From NCBI GenBank assembly GCA_011109175.1, contig RDEW01000034.1, forward strand, positions 150,504 through 214,503: DNA of 64,000 bases, read 5' to 3'. The DNA is from Dicyema japonicum (taxonomy: Eukaryota; Animalia; Dicyemida). The translations under genes were made by a program, and so were the position numbers. Positions 51,301 to 63,759 of the stretch are shown in pieces. Under the pieces are notes generated by a model. It did no database searches. It was not told the origin of the DNA and worked only from the letters and a program-made list of their open reading frames with translations. The stretch's first letter is position 1, and every line of letters starts with the position of its first letter.

Positions 51301-52630
51301 GAAAGAGCGTGCCGCCGGGAGACATTGTTATATTTTTATAACAAAGCATTTGCAACACAAGAAAAAATGTTATTAGTTATCTTCTTCCATCCTCCATGGT
51401 TACACGCAATCGATTTCAGTTCGGAAGTTCCCCTGCCCAATCGGATTCGTGTGCAGGGATGAAAGAAAGCTCTTTCGCACGCTAGTGGGAACAATGGGAG
51501 ACTACAGACTTTGAATGGTTTGATTGCGGGAACTTGGATTATCTAACTGTCTGACGTTTTTCTGTCTTTCGCTCTCGGCGATCTCGGGGTTTTTAAATAA
51601 ATAAATATTGCCATATTCCTTGTTGGAAACTTTCTGATGTTTGTAAACTTTTCAGGAAGATGTGAATAGAAACCAGATATCCCCACTTGTCAAAGAGTCG
51701 TCAGCGATGGAAGAAGTTAACTAGTACATGTTTTGTCACGTCGTATGACATAGCGAAGTAATGTTATGAATGTAAAAGCCCAGTGATCCGGTAAACACAT
51801 GCATGCAAGCACCTTGTAGGACAGCATCGTTGTTCTGAGAACATTCGTAAAAACCACGGCTTATTAATTTGTCCTTATTGACAGAAATCAACTGCTTTTC
51901 TCTGGTGGTCTCATTTTAATAGCGCGGTCCGCCAAATGTCGTCGACTGTATAACAATCCTTTGTGCGGCCTCAAGCCACACGTCTGATATGCCTGCTTAG
52001 AGAATTTTACTAATTCTTATATCTTTCCAACCTTAAAGTGCTCGCGGAACCCTTTGGCTAATTTGAAACTCAAATCCATGTAATTAAATCGTTTAGATTA
52101 ATTTAAAATCGCCTTTTCTCAAAATTGAAAATTAAGATTTTTTTGTCGGCCCACCTTTAATTCTTAAAACAGATAACAGCAAAGAGTTTTGCATTGTCAC
52201 ATGAAAAAAATGTGCCAAAAGTTCTCTAAAAAAGAATTTAAGAGGCAGGAAAAAGGCTCCATGTATACAAGGCCAAGTCCAACGGTAATATTTTTTCTTT
52301 AAATTCGGTGAGAGACGACTGGCCTAGAAATAATATGTAAATATTATTTTTCCACACTTAATATTCAGTATACGACCTGAACATGTGTACATACGACGAA
52401 AATATTAAATTCTCGCTTATTCCAGGTAAAATTTTAAAAATCATCCATATTATCTTTGTATGAAGCCAAAATATCCGCCCACCCTTTCAGATGAAGAAAT
52501 AAACGCACTTTTGTAGTGTGAAATATCCAATTTTTTGAATAGAAATTAAAAAATGGATGCGAAATTATAGAATTTAATTTTTTGTAAGAAAAATTCTATA
52601 ATAAGTAAATATAGGTTTAGGGATTAAATT

Positions 52631-54064
52631 TTGTTAATTTTATTTAATTATCTTGAAGATAAGAACAGCAATGTTCTTAAAGGAGAAATTATGAATAAAA
52701 TCTATGGAGAAGTATCTAAGCGGATCAAAAATTTGACGAAGACGGATTTAAACTCAGTGAACCTGTTTAAAGCTATGAATGAGTATGCAATCTCCCTTTA
52801 CAACTATTACATTGGATTGATTGATATCGAACCTGGAGAGTTTGAACAGATTGATAAAAATATTCGCAGAATTCTTATGGACAGTCATATCCACTTGCAA
52901 CCGGCAAACAAAGAAAGACTTTATCTACCAAGAAATAAATTTGGAAGAGGCCTCGAGTTAGTCAGTAACAAAGCAGAAAGAATGCTCCTCCAATTTTATA
53001 GTGATTTGGAACATAAGGCAAATTACTGCCTAAGAAGAGCGGGAATTCTACGGGTCATTAATTCAAAGAAAATACACATGGCCACTATCGTAGAATTCAT
53101 CTCAAGAAAGTACAACATTGAAAATGTGAAGGATTTGACAATGTTGAAATTGATGGAAATACAACATGAATATCTACTGGGAAAAATTGAAGAGAAATCG
53201 CTGCACTCTATTCTATTTGAGTGTCTGAAAGATACCGAAGTGAATATTGCTGAATCCTCAGGGTGGTTAGTTCATGGAAATCATTCTCCTGTAACCGAAG
53301 GAAGGCTGTGTCTGCTTCAGGATCGTAACATGTTTTTTGATAATGGAGAAGCCAAGTGCAAACATTGTAACTCAGGAAAGAAGACCGTTGATCACCTTGC
53401 AACTAGATGTGGGAGAATGCTGAATAGCTCGTATCTCAGGCGGCATAACGAGGTGGTCAGATGTATTCACTTACACCTCTGCCGTCAATATGGAATAAGA
53501 AAAACTAAGAAACTGAAGACCCACTCAGTCCAATCTGTTGTCTCAAATGAATTTGTGGAGATTCGTGTAGACACAACGATTAGTACAGATACGGCTGTAC
53601 AGAATAACAAACCCGATATTTTCGTTCATGATAAGGTGCGTAATACGATTACTCTCGTTGAAATTGGGATCACGTCCCAAAACTGCCTCAAGCAAGTCGA
53701 GGTGGAAAAGTTCCATAAGTATGACTTACTGGCGAACGAACTCGGATGTATTCATCGCGCAAAGGTAAAAATAATCCCTGTAGTCATTACCTGGGATGGG
53801 ATTGTTTCGAGATTCTTCAAGGGCCATCTGGATGCCCTCAAACTGGAGGAAAGGGTGAAAGCGTACATCCAAACGTTAGTATTGAGAAAGACGTTGGAGA
53901 GCATGCAAGCTGAAGATAGACATGGAGTATCGATACCTGATGAGGAGGAAGCTGATAAGGAATGTCGACCTAGGGGAGTCTCGGAATGTGGGTTGTGCGA
54001 CAACGAAAACACACCTATACTGACAATTGACGTTGGCCCCAAGAAGAGGAGATTAGCTAATTAA
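52631..54064 (+). mobile_element. R4/Dong-like family B, 3' half open (477 aa)
   Basis: RLYLPR..GRGL, CKHC..HLATRC, RHNEVV, KPDIFV, VEIGIT, KYDLLANELG. Confidence 0.95.
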
Positions 54065-54354
54065 TTAATTACTTGTGACTCGTTGTTTCGTTAAAATATA
54101 AATTTTTTTTTTTTTTTTTTTTTTGGATAGTTTTTAAAAGTCAAAAATATTCAATCAAACATAAATTAAAACTTAAAAAAATAAATTAAATTAATAGAAA
54201 AACAATGCAAAAGCAGCACAAAGGCGATTTTTTTATATAAATTACTAATCTATTATTTTAAAAATATAATTAATTAAAATTTTAAATATTTCTTGTACAA
54301 GGTTAATTAATTTATTAACCGCGGATACATCAAAAAAAAATTAACTGTTATCAA

Positions 54355-54600
54355 CTAGTTAAGTGTATCCAGTTCCCGCTGTTATAGAAGCAGAGACTTC
54401 AACGTCACATAAGTCTTCCGAAACCACCATAAAAAATAAAAGACGTCCATTTCTTGGAGGTATGAAAACCCCTTCAGTGAGTGAGTGAGAGCAAATGATC
54501 TTTTTTCGTACCAGCCTTGCACTGGGCACCACCTGAGACAGGTGGATCATATGAACCCACTCTAGTAGGAAGAGGAAGAGGATGAACAGACTAAACAAAC
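54355..54600 (+). mobile_element. Short I-group LINE derivative
   Basis: Similar to 21700-21900. Confidence 0.55.
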
Positions 54601-55659
54601 AATTAATTGTAAAAGGTTAATTATTTTGACGCAGTGTTATAAGTGCTGGATGAAATCCGAGAACGACCTCGTGGTTTCCACGGAACATGAATTCTTCTAA
54701 ATGGCCTTTTCTGCCTTACAAAGATTATGCTTGACAAAAAATTTTCGTTAAATTGTAGTTTTCATGTAAGCTGACCACAGTCTGTAATTCTCTTTGCTAG
54801 TAAAAGAATAGGTTAACTCCTGTTAGAGGACTCCCATGATTCCTGTCGAGCCCTGATGCTCAGACAACTCATCCAACTGCATGCCTCGTCCTTAAATTTT
54901 TACACCATCTCATCTTTTGGAGCGGTCACAGACGGTCTGAAGGAAAGATTTGAGGGTCAATAAGCTTATCAATGTTTTGGTTGTTGTAATAGTTTGGTTC
55001 GTTGTTATTATATTAAAATTTTATGATAACCCACGTGGGGAGTTTTTGGCATGCAAGGTTGTTTTTGGGTTTATTTAAAAATGCTTTTTGTGAATTTCTT
55101 TAAGTCATTTCGCTTGTGAAGCCAAATTCCAAGAATTTTGAAGACTCCGAATAATGACTTTTCCACTTAAATCGTTGATTAAGGAAACGCATGCTGGACC
55201 GTATTTTATTTGATAATTTACAGTTTCAACAGTTCTCATCAAATTCAAACTCGGTAGTACAGTTCTTCTAATTTTCGTTTAAGTCAGATTATGACACTTC
55301 AGTGGATATTTGGAGTACTGCTTGCATGGTCTCCCTGTGAGTAATTGGTAGACATTTGAACTCAGACATTCTAACTCATCCCAAAATATCGAGGGTACCA
55401 AAATTAAAGAACTTTATGAACTGGTGACTTTCTGTTTAACCCCTAATCTGGACCTGGGTTGTTGAGGACTTCTTTATAAGAGGACAGGGGGATTAATAAT
55501 TTATCTTCTTCGAGAATAGTATCACATACTTACTAAAGCCCGCCAAGTTTGCTTTCGCAAAAATTTTGAATTTTACTGTTTGGTATAAAAAGTCTGACTT
55601 TGAGCAGTAGAATAATATGGTTACGGAAGCTTGGAAAGAATCTTGGTTGTTGAAGATGC

Positions 55660-56094
55660 TCAGGTCACGAGTTGAGCATAAATTCTCTTGGCTGTCTGCA
55701 TGTTATCTGATGTGCCATTGTGGATATTTCCTGATCGGATCATCACAGATGACAAAGTTTTTAATTCTGGTAGTCTCGATATTTTGGAAGTTATGACAGG
55801 GGACATGACCTTTTTGACAGAATCTAAACATTCATGAAGATAGCCGTACTGCATGTGAAAACGAGAAGTCGATAGGGACCTGTTCCAATGTTGAGTCACC
55901 CTTTTACAACTGGAGGGGACATGATAGACAACATCCGTGAATGACAATCCAATTCTAACATTTGTTGAAGTCCCCGCCAGAGCCTCTCTCCAGGTCTTGG
56001 CGACTAGCATAAAACCATGAACAGGGTTCTGTTCTACGTCCCCACACAGCACAGTCAGCAGACCCGAGAGAAATGGAGCCAACCTATGCAACAA
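55660..56094 (-). mobile_element. Probable LINE 5' remnant with a degenerate 2A-like peptide
   Basis: LLTVLCGDVEQNP(VH) at 56017-56061 followed by Cys/His remnants. Confidence 0.45.
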
Positions 56095-56339
56095 TGTGAC
56101 GAAATAGGGGAGAATTGTTCTTTTTTATGTCCACTGCCTCCGTGAACTGCGAGTTTGTCACGCCAGCCATAGAAAACATGTGTATTCGCTGTTAAATATT
56201 TTTTGAAGTGAGATCAGCCACAATGATATATATTAGTTGAGTAAATTCCACCCCTAGAAGATATAATAGGTGTAGCCCGTTAGGATATATCCTCTAAATA
56301 AACCTCTCGCTATCAGTCAACGACGTTATGGGAACATAT

Positions 56340-56520
56340 TTCGAGTGAACTCAAAGATATCCTTGGCGACCTAGATTTTGTTGCAACCAAGAAGACCTAA
56401 GGAATACAAAAATAAGCTGAAAAGCGGAGGACCTAGATTCTCTCCGCACATCGCATCTTTGATTTGACTATGGAGGTTTTTAAAAAGAATTGTTGGTGGC
56501 ACAACACAAGCAATAAAAAG
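56340..56520 (-). mobile_element. RT remnant, CRE-like
   Basis: GENLGPPLFSLFL resembles the QGDPLGPLLF motif. Confidence 0.3.
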
Positions 56521-57029
56521 ATAATAAAATTTGCTTAATAATTTTTTATGATTGTCTGAATGTGAACAGAACGGGAAGAAAGAAACTAAAAAGGGGCGAA
56601 TCAAAACTGGCGGCCACCAAATTAAGAAAATTTGCAACTTGGATTCATCCCAGATCTTATATGTCACGACGGGCAGCCTCGTAGCCACTTTCTCGACGAC
56701 TATAGGATTAGTCACCTCTTCTCATCTCTCGCTTTACATTTCCCTACGACACCAGATAATTTATCGGATCTCAGGGAGTGTAGGTCTTCGGCTTTTAAGT
56801 TCTAGTTACCTATCGGTTTCTTACCCTTGAGGGACCGGGGGTAAATATGCTACAGGCCCAAATAATCAGATTGGAGTATTCATGAATCGTTTATAGAAAC
56901 TGAGGGAGAAATCCTACGTTTTATTTGGAAGTGATCGATGTAGTGAGTTTTAGTCCTAATTTATGTAGAAGAATGTGGGGATGCAATTTCCTTGCTCAAT
57001 TATTTTTTTGAGTTCGAACTAAAAGAGTA

Positions 57030-57990
57030 AATTGAGATGGATCTTTGTATCTGCCGAGTGGTGAGGGAGAAGCATCTCCACGTTTGGTCAGCGAACATAG
57101 ACAGGCTGTACATGTCTAGGTCTGTGATAGCTCGTGGTCTACGTAATGTTGCCCACATGAGTGAGAGGCTGTTGCTGGCTATGCTCCTGAAATTTGAGTC
57201 GGAAGCAGAACATCTGAGAAGAGGGTGACATTCTTGGCTGTTGGGGAGTCAAGACAAACTCAATTAGGTTCCATTGTCACATATCTAGCTCTTAATATGG
57301 CCTTAGTCAAAAGAGAGTCTAAAGGAGTCGGTCAAACTTCAAAGTGATACTTTAATCAAAAAGACCAGCATAAAAGACCTTCATCGTTAACTCTTTGAGG
57401 ATATAAAAGCTTTCACGTAGATATGAATGCGTCCTCAGTATTGCTTCATCATGAAAACATAATTCCCCAATGGTCTGTGTCCAGATTGTAAGCAAAAAAT
57501 GAACGGTGTGGAACATTTAGCCACTAAGTACGGCAGTATGTTGAACCACCAATACTTATGGAGGCATAACAGCAAATAAGCCAGATATTGTGCTTTATGA
57601 TAATTGGTAAAGTATGGGGACATAAGTATCATAAAAGTGGGCATTACTAGCCAAAAACGTTTGCAAACAGTGGCGGTGGAGAAGAAACGGAAGTACACTG
57701 TTCTCACAAACGAATTAGGAATGATGCATTGGTGCAAAGTCTTTGCTATTCTTTATGTGATGGGATTGTGTCTTGACTAACTTCTACAGAGGGTGCTTGA
57801 GGAGTTGAAAGTGGATATAAATATTCATGCATGTATGCAACAACCGTCATCAAGAGAACTCTTGAGACCCTGTCTCTTGATTCAAGCCATGTGAATGCTC
57901 TTGTGCGACCTACAGTGGAAGAGGATAATGGTGGACAGTTGGAGAGGACAGTGAGCCCAGTGGTCAGAAAGTTTATCAAAAGGTTGACTG
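57030..57990 (+). mobile_element. Degenerate, internally deleted R4/Dong-like element
   Basis: RLYMSR..RGL, CPDC..EHLAT..WRHN, VGITSQ..EKKRKY, VIKRTLE. Confidence 0.75.
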
Positions 57991-58299
57991 GTGGTGTTGA
58001 TCTGGTGAACTCAATGTATTCATCTCCTCAAAAAAAATATAACACCGCGTCCACTATTCAATGAAGTTAAAAGCCTGATTTTTTTAATAATGAAACATCG
58101 TATACCCAATGCCTGGTTTCAAATCCCGTCTAGCTATTTTGGGGAAAGTCACAAGTCCGACTTTTGTGGAGGGACAAGAGATTTTTTAGGTATTAATTCT
58201 TGAATGTTCATAATTATCGCATTTAAATATATTCCTCAGAGGTCAACGTTGAGAGAGGCTGATCCATGGGAACGTAGAATTAAACGACCTATTTTAACA

Positions 58300-58590
58300 C
58301 ACCCGGCTCATTGCCGCGGAGGATGACGATTGCAAGGCGTTGAGAAAACCATCTTTGTTCACGAGGGGTTTATGATTTCATTGATGACTCCTTTACCAAT
58401 TCTTCCAACTGCTCTAGTGATTTTGAAGGTGATTGCGAAAAAGGAAGCGATTCTCGAGGACTGAATTTCTGATCGACATAGTGAGTATTTGAGCAGCCAG
58501 GGTGATCAGAATATGCAACTCATAAAATGAGCTGGCGTGTGTCAACTCCAAACGAGAGGTCTTCTAAGTGAAATTGGGGTAATTGTCATT
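58300..58590 (-). mobile_element. CRE-like 3' remnant
   Basis: PREQRWFSQRLAIVILRGN. Confidence 0.6.
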
Positions 58591-58794
58591 AGTCATAAAT
58601 TATTAATGAAATCGAAAAAGACTTAAAATAATTCCGCAAAAGCAGATAAATCTCTTTGGGAGCGTCGGCTTCTGATCGTTACTTTTCTATCAGCTATCGA
58701 TTTTCTTCACTTGAAGAGATTGGGTGTAAATGGATAGATATCATCTATAACATTGGAAAAGTTGAAGATCAGAATTCTGATGGTTCACGTAGAC

Positions 58795-59395
58795 CAGTGG
58801 TTCTCAACCTGGGGTCCGCGAACCTTTATTTATCAGAGTATGTTTGTCGACTAATAATAATAATAATAATAAAGCCTTATCACGAGAGCCATAGTATTTT
58901 ATAGCTCCGCATAGGCAGGACACACACTTTATTTAAGTAAAGAACAGTTAATTTTAACTAATCGTAGAACCAAGATCTTCACTTCTTTTTTTTCTTTTTC
59001 TTGTGTGAGTGTCCTTTCTAGACAATCCAGTTCCGCAGTGAGTATCCACTGATGACGGCGTCACTCGTCAAACCCTTTCTGCATCGTAGATGCGTGGAAC
59101 CTTCCACCAGGTGAACAGCAGCGAGATTCGAACCCGTAGCCTAAGCCACTTAAGTCCGACACCTAACCACTAAGCCACCCGGCTTGTTTGTCGACAACCG
59201 AGCCTAAAATTGAAAAAATTGCCTAACAACAACATAAACCTTCTTATTAATTTTATTTCCTTTTTTAATAAAAAATTGTGTTTTTTAGAAAAGTAATAAT
59301 TTTTTGACAAAAAACTTTCAAAAGTATGTTGGGGGTCCGCGAATTTTTTATTCACTCACAAGGGGTCCGCGACCAAAAAAGGTTGAGAACCACTG
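58795..59395. mobile_element. Non-autonomous hAT (Charlie-like) MITE
   Basis: TIR CAGTGGTTCTCAACCT; perfect 8-bp TSD ACGTAGAC (58787-58794 and 59396-59403); internal GGGGTCCGCG repeats. Confidence 0.9.
58852..59184 (-). mobile_element. tRNA-derived SINE with an RTE-like 3' tail, nested in the hAT MITE
   Basis: A box TGGCTTAGTGG, B box GGTTCGAATC; (tta)n tail; 11-bp TSD TGTTTGTCGAC (58841-58851 and 59185-59195). Confidence 0.9.
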
Positions 59396-60599
59396 ACGTA
59401 GACAGAACAAGACTGTCTCGAAATTATTGCTATTATAATTATATACCAGTTAAGTGGTTAATTGAACGGAAAGTTTAGGTGTACAAGTAAATATCGAACG
59501 AATTTTTTTTATCTCGTAAAGATAGATGCAACCTATTTCACTTGTCGTGTGGATGAACAAAATGATAGACTTGAAAGATGCTAAAAATAAGAAAAAAATA
59601 TATCACTAAAACAATATTTTACAATTCTCTTGACAAACCAGAAACTAGCCACTTGGGTTTATTTGATATTACAGACTATAAAGAACAAGTGGTATTACAA
59701 GCGTAGATATCTTCTGACCACGTTGGTAATATTAGAAATAATTGAAGAAAAGAGGTATTACAGACATAGATATCTCCTGACCACGTGGGTAATATTAGAA
59801 ATAATTTTAACTTTAGAATCCCACGAATCTTAATTCTTGGTGACCTTAGACTGACCCTAGTGGGATTTAATGGAATTCAAAAATAAGGGCAAGGATCTTT
59901 GTTAAACTTTTCTGGTGATTAAATGTTAGAGTGCTCACTATATTCTTATTTTGGAGAGGTTTTAAGATATCTATGAAGGATGTAATTGAAGAGGTTGTTT
60001 GGTAAGTTGGCTGCGGTTTGAAATCCACGTTTTATTAGAGCAGAAGAGGCATGGATTATGTCCGATAACTCTGATAATGGTAGTTTGGATGGGAGATAAC
60101 TTTGCAAAAATTAGTGGCAATTGACCACCCCCACTTCGGTAGATGACATTTGCAAATAAACTGGGAATAATGAAGTGGCGCCCAGAGTTGCTTACTGAAG
60201 TTTTGAGATCATCTTTGGAAATATCAACTTCTCCAGAAATATCAACGCTATCTAGCTTTCCAAGTGTTCACAAAGAAGAGTCTTCGGTCAAATCCGAGAA
60301 CACAATTAATATGTTTGGAGTGTGGCTGGGGATAACTAATATGAGTAGTAAGTCCCCCTTCTAATTAGTAACCTCTATCACCGAATATGATTTATTTATT
60401 CAAGTGGTTCGATAACTCCCCAATAGTTTCAGTTTACCACAATGTGTTGGTGAAAGTGATTGAGTTCTTAAGTGTCATCTATTAGTTTCCTGGTCCCCAA
60501 AAGCCATTGTACATCTTGATTCGATTCAAGAATAATTCCAACATAGTTGATTCACGTTTTCCCTAAATTTTTAATAGTCCATAAATAATCCATCAATTT

Positions 60600-61320
60600 T
60601 GAACTAACTCCTCGATTTCTTATTCACCAAAAGTTTCTTTGCTTCAATGCTCACTAATTACTACACATTTCCTCTATTATCTTCTAACAGTTTGTCTTAG
60701 AATCAAGGATTAGTCTCCATAATGGAAAAGTTCCTTTTTCATATCTTTGGGACGATTTTCGGTAAGATCTGACTTTTGGTCCAAAGGGGTGCTCAAGAGA
60801 TTAATCATTTTGAGGCAATCTCGCTGGCGTTCTGTCAGGAGGTCCGTGATTAATTTGATCTTTAACGTTTTCAGTAGCAGCAGGATAAATGTCACCACTA
60901 AATATTATAAACCGATTATACTATCACGTGTTCGAAGTAAACTCCTCAGATCATCATCATCAAGAACTCCAGGAAGCATTGTAAGTAAACCTCAACAACA
61001 CTAACCTTTTCCCAGATGTAGTATGGTGGTCTTCCGTGATACCATTTGCTCTGTGTTTGGTTTATTTTTAGAATTTCAAACAGATGTAAGTGTGTCTTTA
61101 TGACTAGTAGAGTTTGGGGTCATTTGGACTATTTTTACATATAACGCATCCTTTTCAATTAGCATTGGTCACTTCAGTCTAAAAAGACCGTAATTATGTT
61201 GAATGAGTGAATCATGTCTCTTAAGCTTTTTATTATCATTGAATCTGTATTACAAACGAGGATCGACTTTGAAAAGGCCTCATACTGTCTAAGTCAAAAA
61301 TTTATGTCGTCTTCTTATCC
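60600..61320 (+). mobile_element. Very old R4-like RT remnant
   Basis: DFWSK, YYKPI..KLL, IDFEKA. Confidence 0.4.
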
Positions 61321-61379
61321 ATTAGTTGATTAACTTGTCAGTGTGTTTAAATTTTGTATTTTTCTGATTAAAATTCCCA

Positions 61380-61860
61380 ATTTCTTATAAACGTTTTAAC
61401 CCGACATGTCGTTGTTGGGCACTTGCTTAGTTGGATGTCGTCTTCCGATAGAATTGACATATTTCTGTCCCGGATATCAGTTTCGTAAATCAAAACAAAA
61501 TTTTTCAGATCTATAATGAATGAAAATAAAACCTCAAAATAGCTCAATTATGTCAAGCTGCTTCTGGCATAAATGTTCTACATTTTTTCGGCAAGCGTAA
61601 GTAGAAGGAAGATTATGTCCAATACTCTCAAACAAGTCTCGTAAGCTTTCACTGTTGACTTAAGCAAGGGAATATCGGATTCGACAAACGCCTTAGTGAC
61701 TTTATCAACATATTGTCAGCAGATGGGACAAAAAAATCAATGTGTTTATAATATTGACACCTTTAAAATAGTAATAAAAATAATAATAGATTTCCATCAG
61801 GATATTTTTTTAACAACAGACTTATTCTTTTCAATGTCATTCTTGATTGAACGTGGAATC
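61380..61860 (-). mobile_element. hAT/CGGBP1-like transposase remnant
   Basis: AFVESDIPLLK, LPS..RK, ETD..DRNMS. Confidence 0.35.
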
Positions 61861-62169
61861 ACAGTGAAATAATGATGATTGATACCACGCTTGTATTTTA
61901 TTTAAAAACTCGAAAAATAAAAATCAATAAAACTCAATAAAAATTTTGACTTTATTGACTTAAAAATTAAAATTTTGATTTTTTCTTTTTCAAAAATATT
62001 GATATTTCATTTTAATTAGTACAGACAACTTTTTGGCAAGTAAACGCCGTAGGTGGACCCAGTCAATATCAAAATCTCTGAAGAAATCAAAAATAGTTTT
62101 TAGAACATTTACTATGTATTTATTTTTTTATTTACAAAACAAAATGAGAAAAATATAGTTAGGGTAGTA

Positions 62170-62290
62170 TTTGGAAAGTTCACTGCTGACATTACGGACA
62201 ACTGCAATCTCCATTCGTTGCCTCAGCCAGACTCCTTCCCGCACGTCTTTTTTACGATGGGACAATTTCCCCCGATTTCCCTCAATTGAA
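62170..62290 (-). mobile_element. CRE-like 3' fragment, same family as 1125-1790
   Basis: Shares gggaaatcggggg..aagacgtgcgggaag..gtctggctgaggcaa with about 1600-1665. Confidence 0.8.
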
Positions 62291-62579
62291 CCGACTGGGG
62301 GTATATAAGTTAAATCATAACAACTATAAATTTATTCTTGTGACAAAACGTCTTTATATACATTTTAAGACATCTTCATTTGACCTTGGATCGCTTAATT
62401 TCAATTCGAATCATAAACTTTCCGCTCAACTATTATTATTGCTAGTACCATGACCATGTTAATATTAAATTACACGCTTCAAAATCAGAAGCGCTGAATT
62501 CTGTTAGTAAAGATCCTGAAGATGATTGGAACGATAAAATTTTCAGTTGCTGCTTCTCTGAAATCTATTTTCTGTTGGA

Positions 62580-62760
62580 TATTTGTGAGATGAAAAATCC
62601 CCTAAAACTCAGTCCACTGTCACTCCTTATGTTGATTTTTCCTTCTGATATGTGTCCGATTGTCCAAAGCTGATGATTGTGCAGTTTCGATTTGGGAATG
62701 TCCAACCTGCTACTTCAGCAGCTCTGCAACAACTCCCACTTTATGCAAAGAGTCGGTTTC
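62580..62760 (+). mobile_element. Possible PHD-finger 5' remnant of a CRE-like element
   Basis: ICE..CHSLC..LICVRLS..WECPTC across frameshifts. Confidence 0.3.
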
Positions 62761-63149
62761 GGCTAAATTTAATTTTATAAAATATAAAGAACATTTTAGA
62801 GAACTACGGATAAAAATATAGCAGTCAGAAAACGTTGAAGAAAATATTTCCAGTCAATACCAGCAACTTTTGTGAAGAAATTGGGCCTCTGCGCCGTCAG
62901 CTTCAAATTTTTCAAATTACTATATACTAGTAACAGCAAGTAGTGAAGATCCGTCATAGAGGCTTTTCTTAATAAGTCATTAGTTTTGACGATAGTTGTT
63001 CAGTGTGATGAGATGTTCACGTTCAGAGGAAGTCAAAAAACTAGCTTGATAACAAAGTGGATTTTAGAAAAGTTCCCATTTAAAAGAGTTCAAAATTTAA
63101 TTTCATAAAATGAAATTTTGTGATAAAATTAGAGTTCGAAACAAATATA

Positions 63150-63250
63150 TATGTTAGACAGATATCGGTTCGAATTTTGATGATTCCATTCTGGCTGAAG
63201 GCTCCACGCATTTACGATGCATCTTGTCTTGAAGAGTGACATCGTCAAAC
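63150..63250 (+). mobile_element. Older copy of the SINE family
   Basis: B box GGTTCGAATT then aaggctccacgcatttacgatgca..gagtgacatcgtca, similar to the SINE body at about 59050-59105. Confidence 0.6.
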
Positions 63251-63759
63251 TCACACACAACCAAAAAAAGTGAGAACATGTCTTAGCCCTTTTATTAACC
63301 CCAGGCTTACAATCTATGGTAAGCCCAGCACAAAAAGTCACAACTAATTAATAAAGGAAGGAACTTAAAAGAGAACATCTGCTTGTCCCGACCAAATCCA
63401 TCCTCCAATAGTACATTAAAGACTTCCGCTTCAGAAGAAAAGTGGAGAAGTAGGTTTGCCTTCTTCCATTTTCATCAAACGCCCTACCGTCGCAGACATC
63501 GCTTTATTCTTAGGAGGACGAGTTTTCATATGTAATCTTCACCGGTGGATTTGGACAATTAAAATCACCTATTCAGTTGTTTTTAGGTTAATGTTTTTTA
63601 TTTAAATAATTTTTTATAAAATTTATTTGTTTAAAAAAATAATAATAATAAAATAATTGTAATGTTATAATATTTAAGTTATTTCTGATGCAGTGTTACA
63701 AGTTTGAAACATATCACTGGTCTAGAACATCCCTGCCACTCCCTATGCAAGCCGCTAAA

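Noticed and set aside
54100-54124. Poly-T run as the tail of a minus-strand retrocopy
   Set aside because: No recognisable gene or TSD on its right; origin unresolved
59045-59075. Hammerhead ribozyme core (CTGATGA plus stem) in the SINE; also CTGATGAG at about 41935
   Set aside because: The required GAAA after stem II is absent (TCAAAC and GAAT)
59110-59184. tRNA gene
   Set aside because: A and B boxes are present but there is no complete cloverleaf; it continues into a SINE body with tail and TSD
59690-59810. About 60-bp direct repeat pair as a regulatory or CRISPR-like unit
   Set aside because: Only two diverged copies, within what looks like a degenerate R4-like remnant
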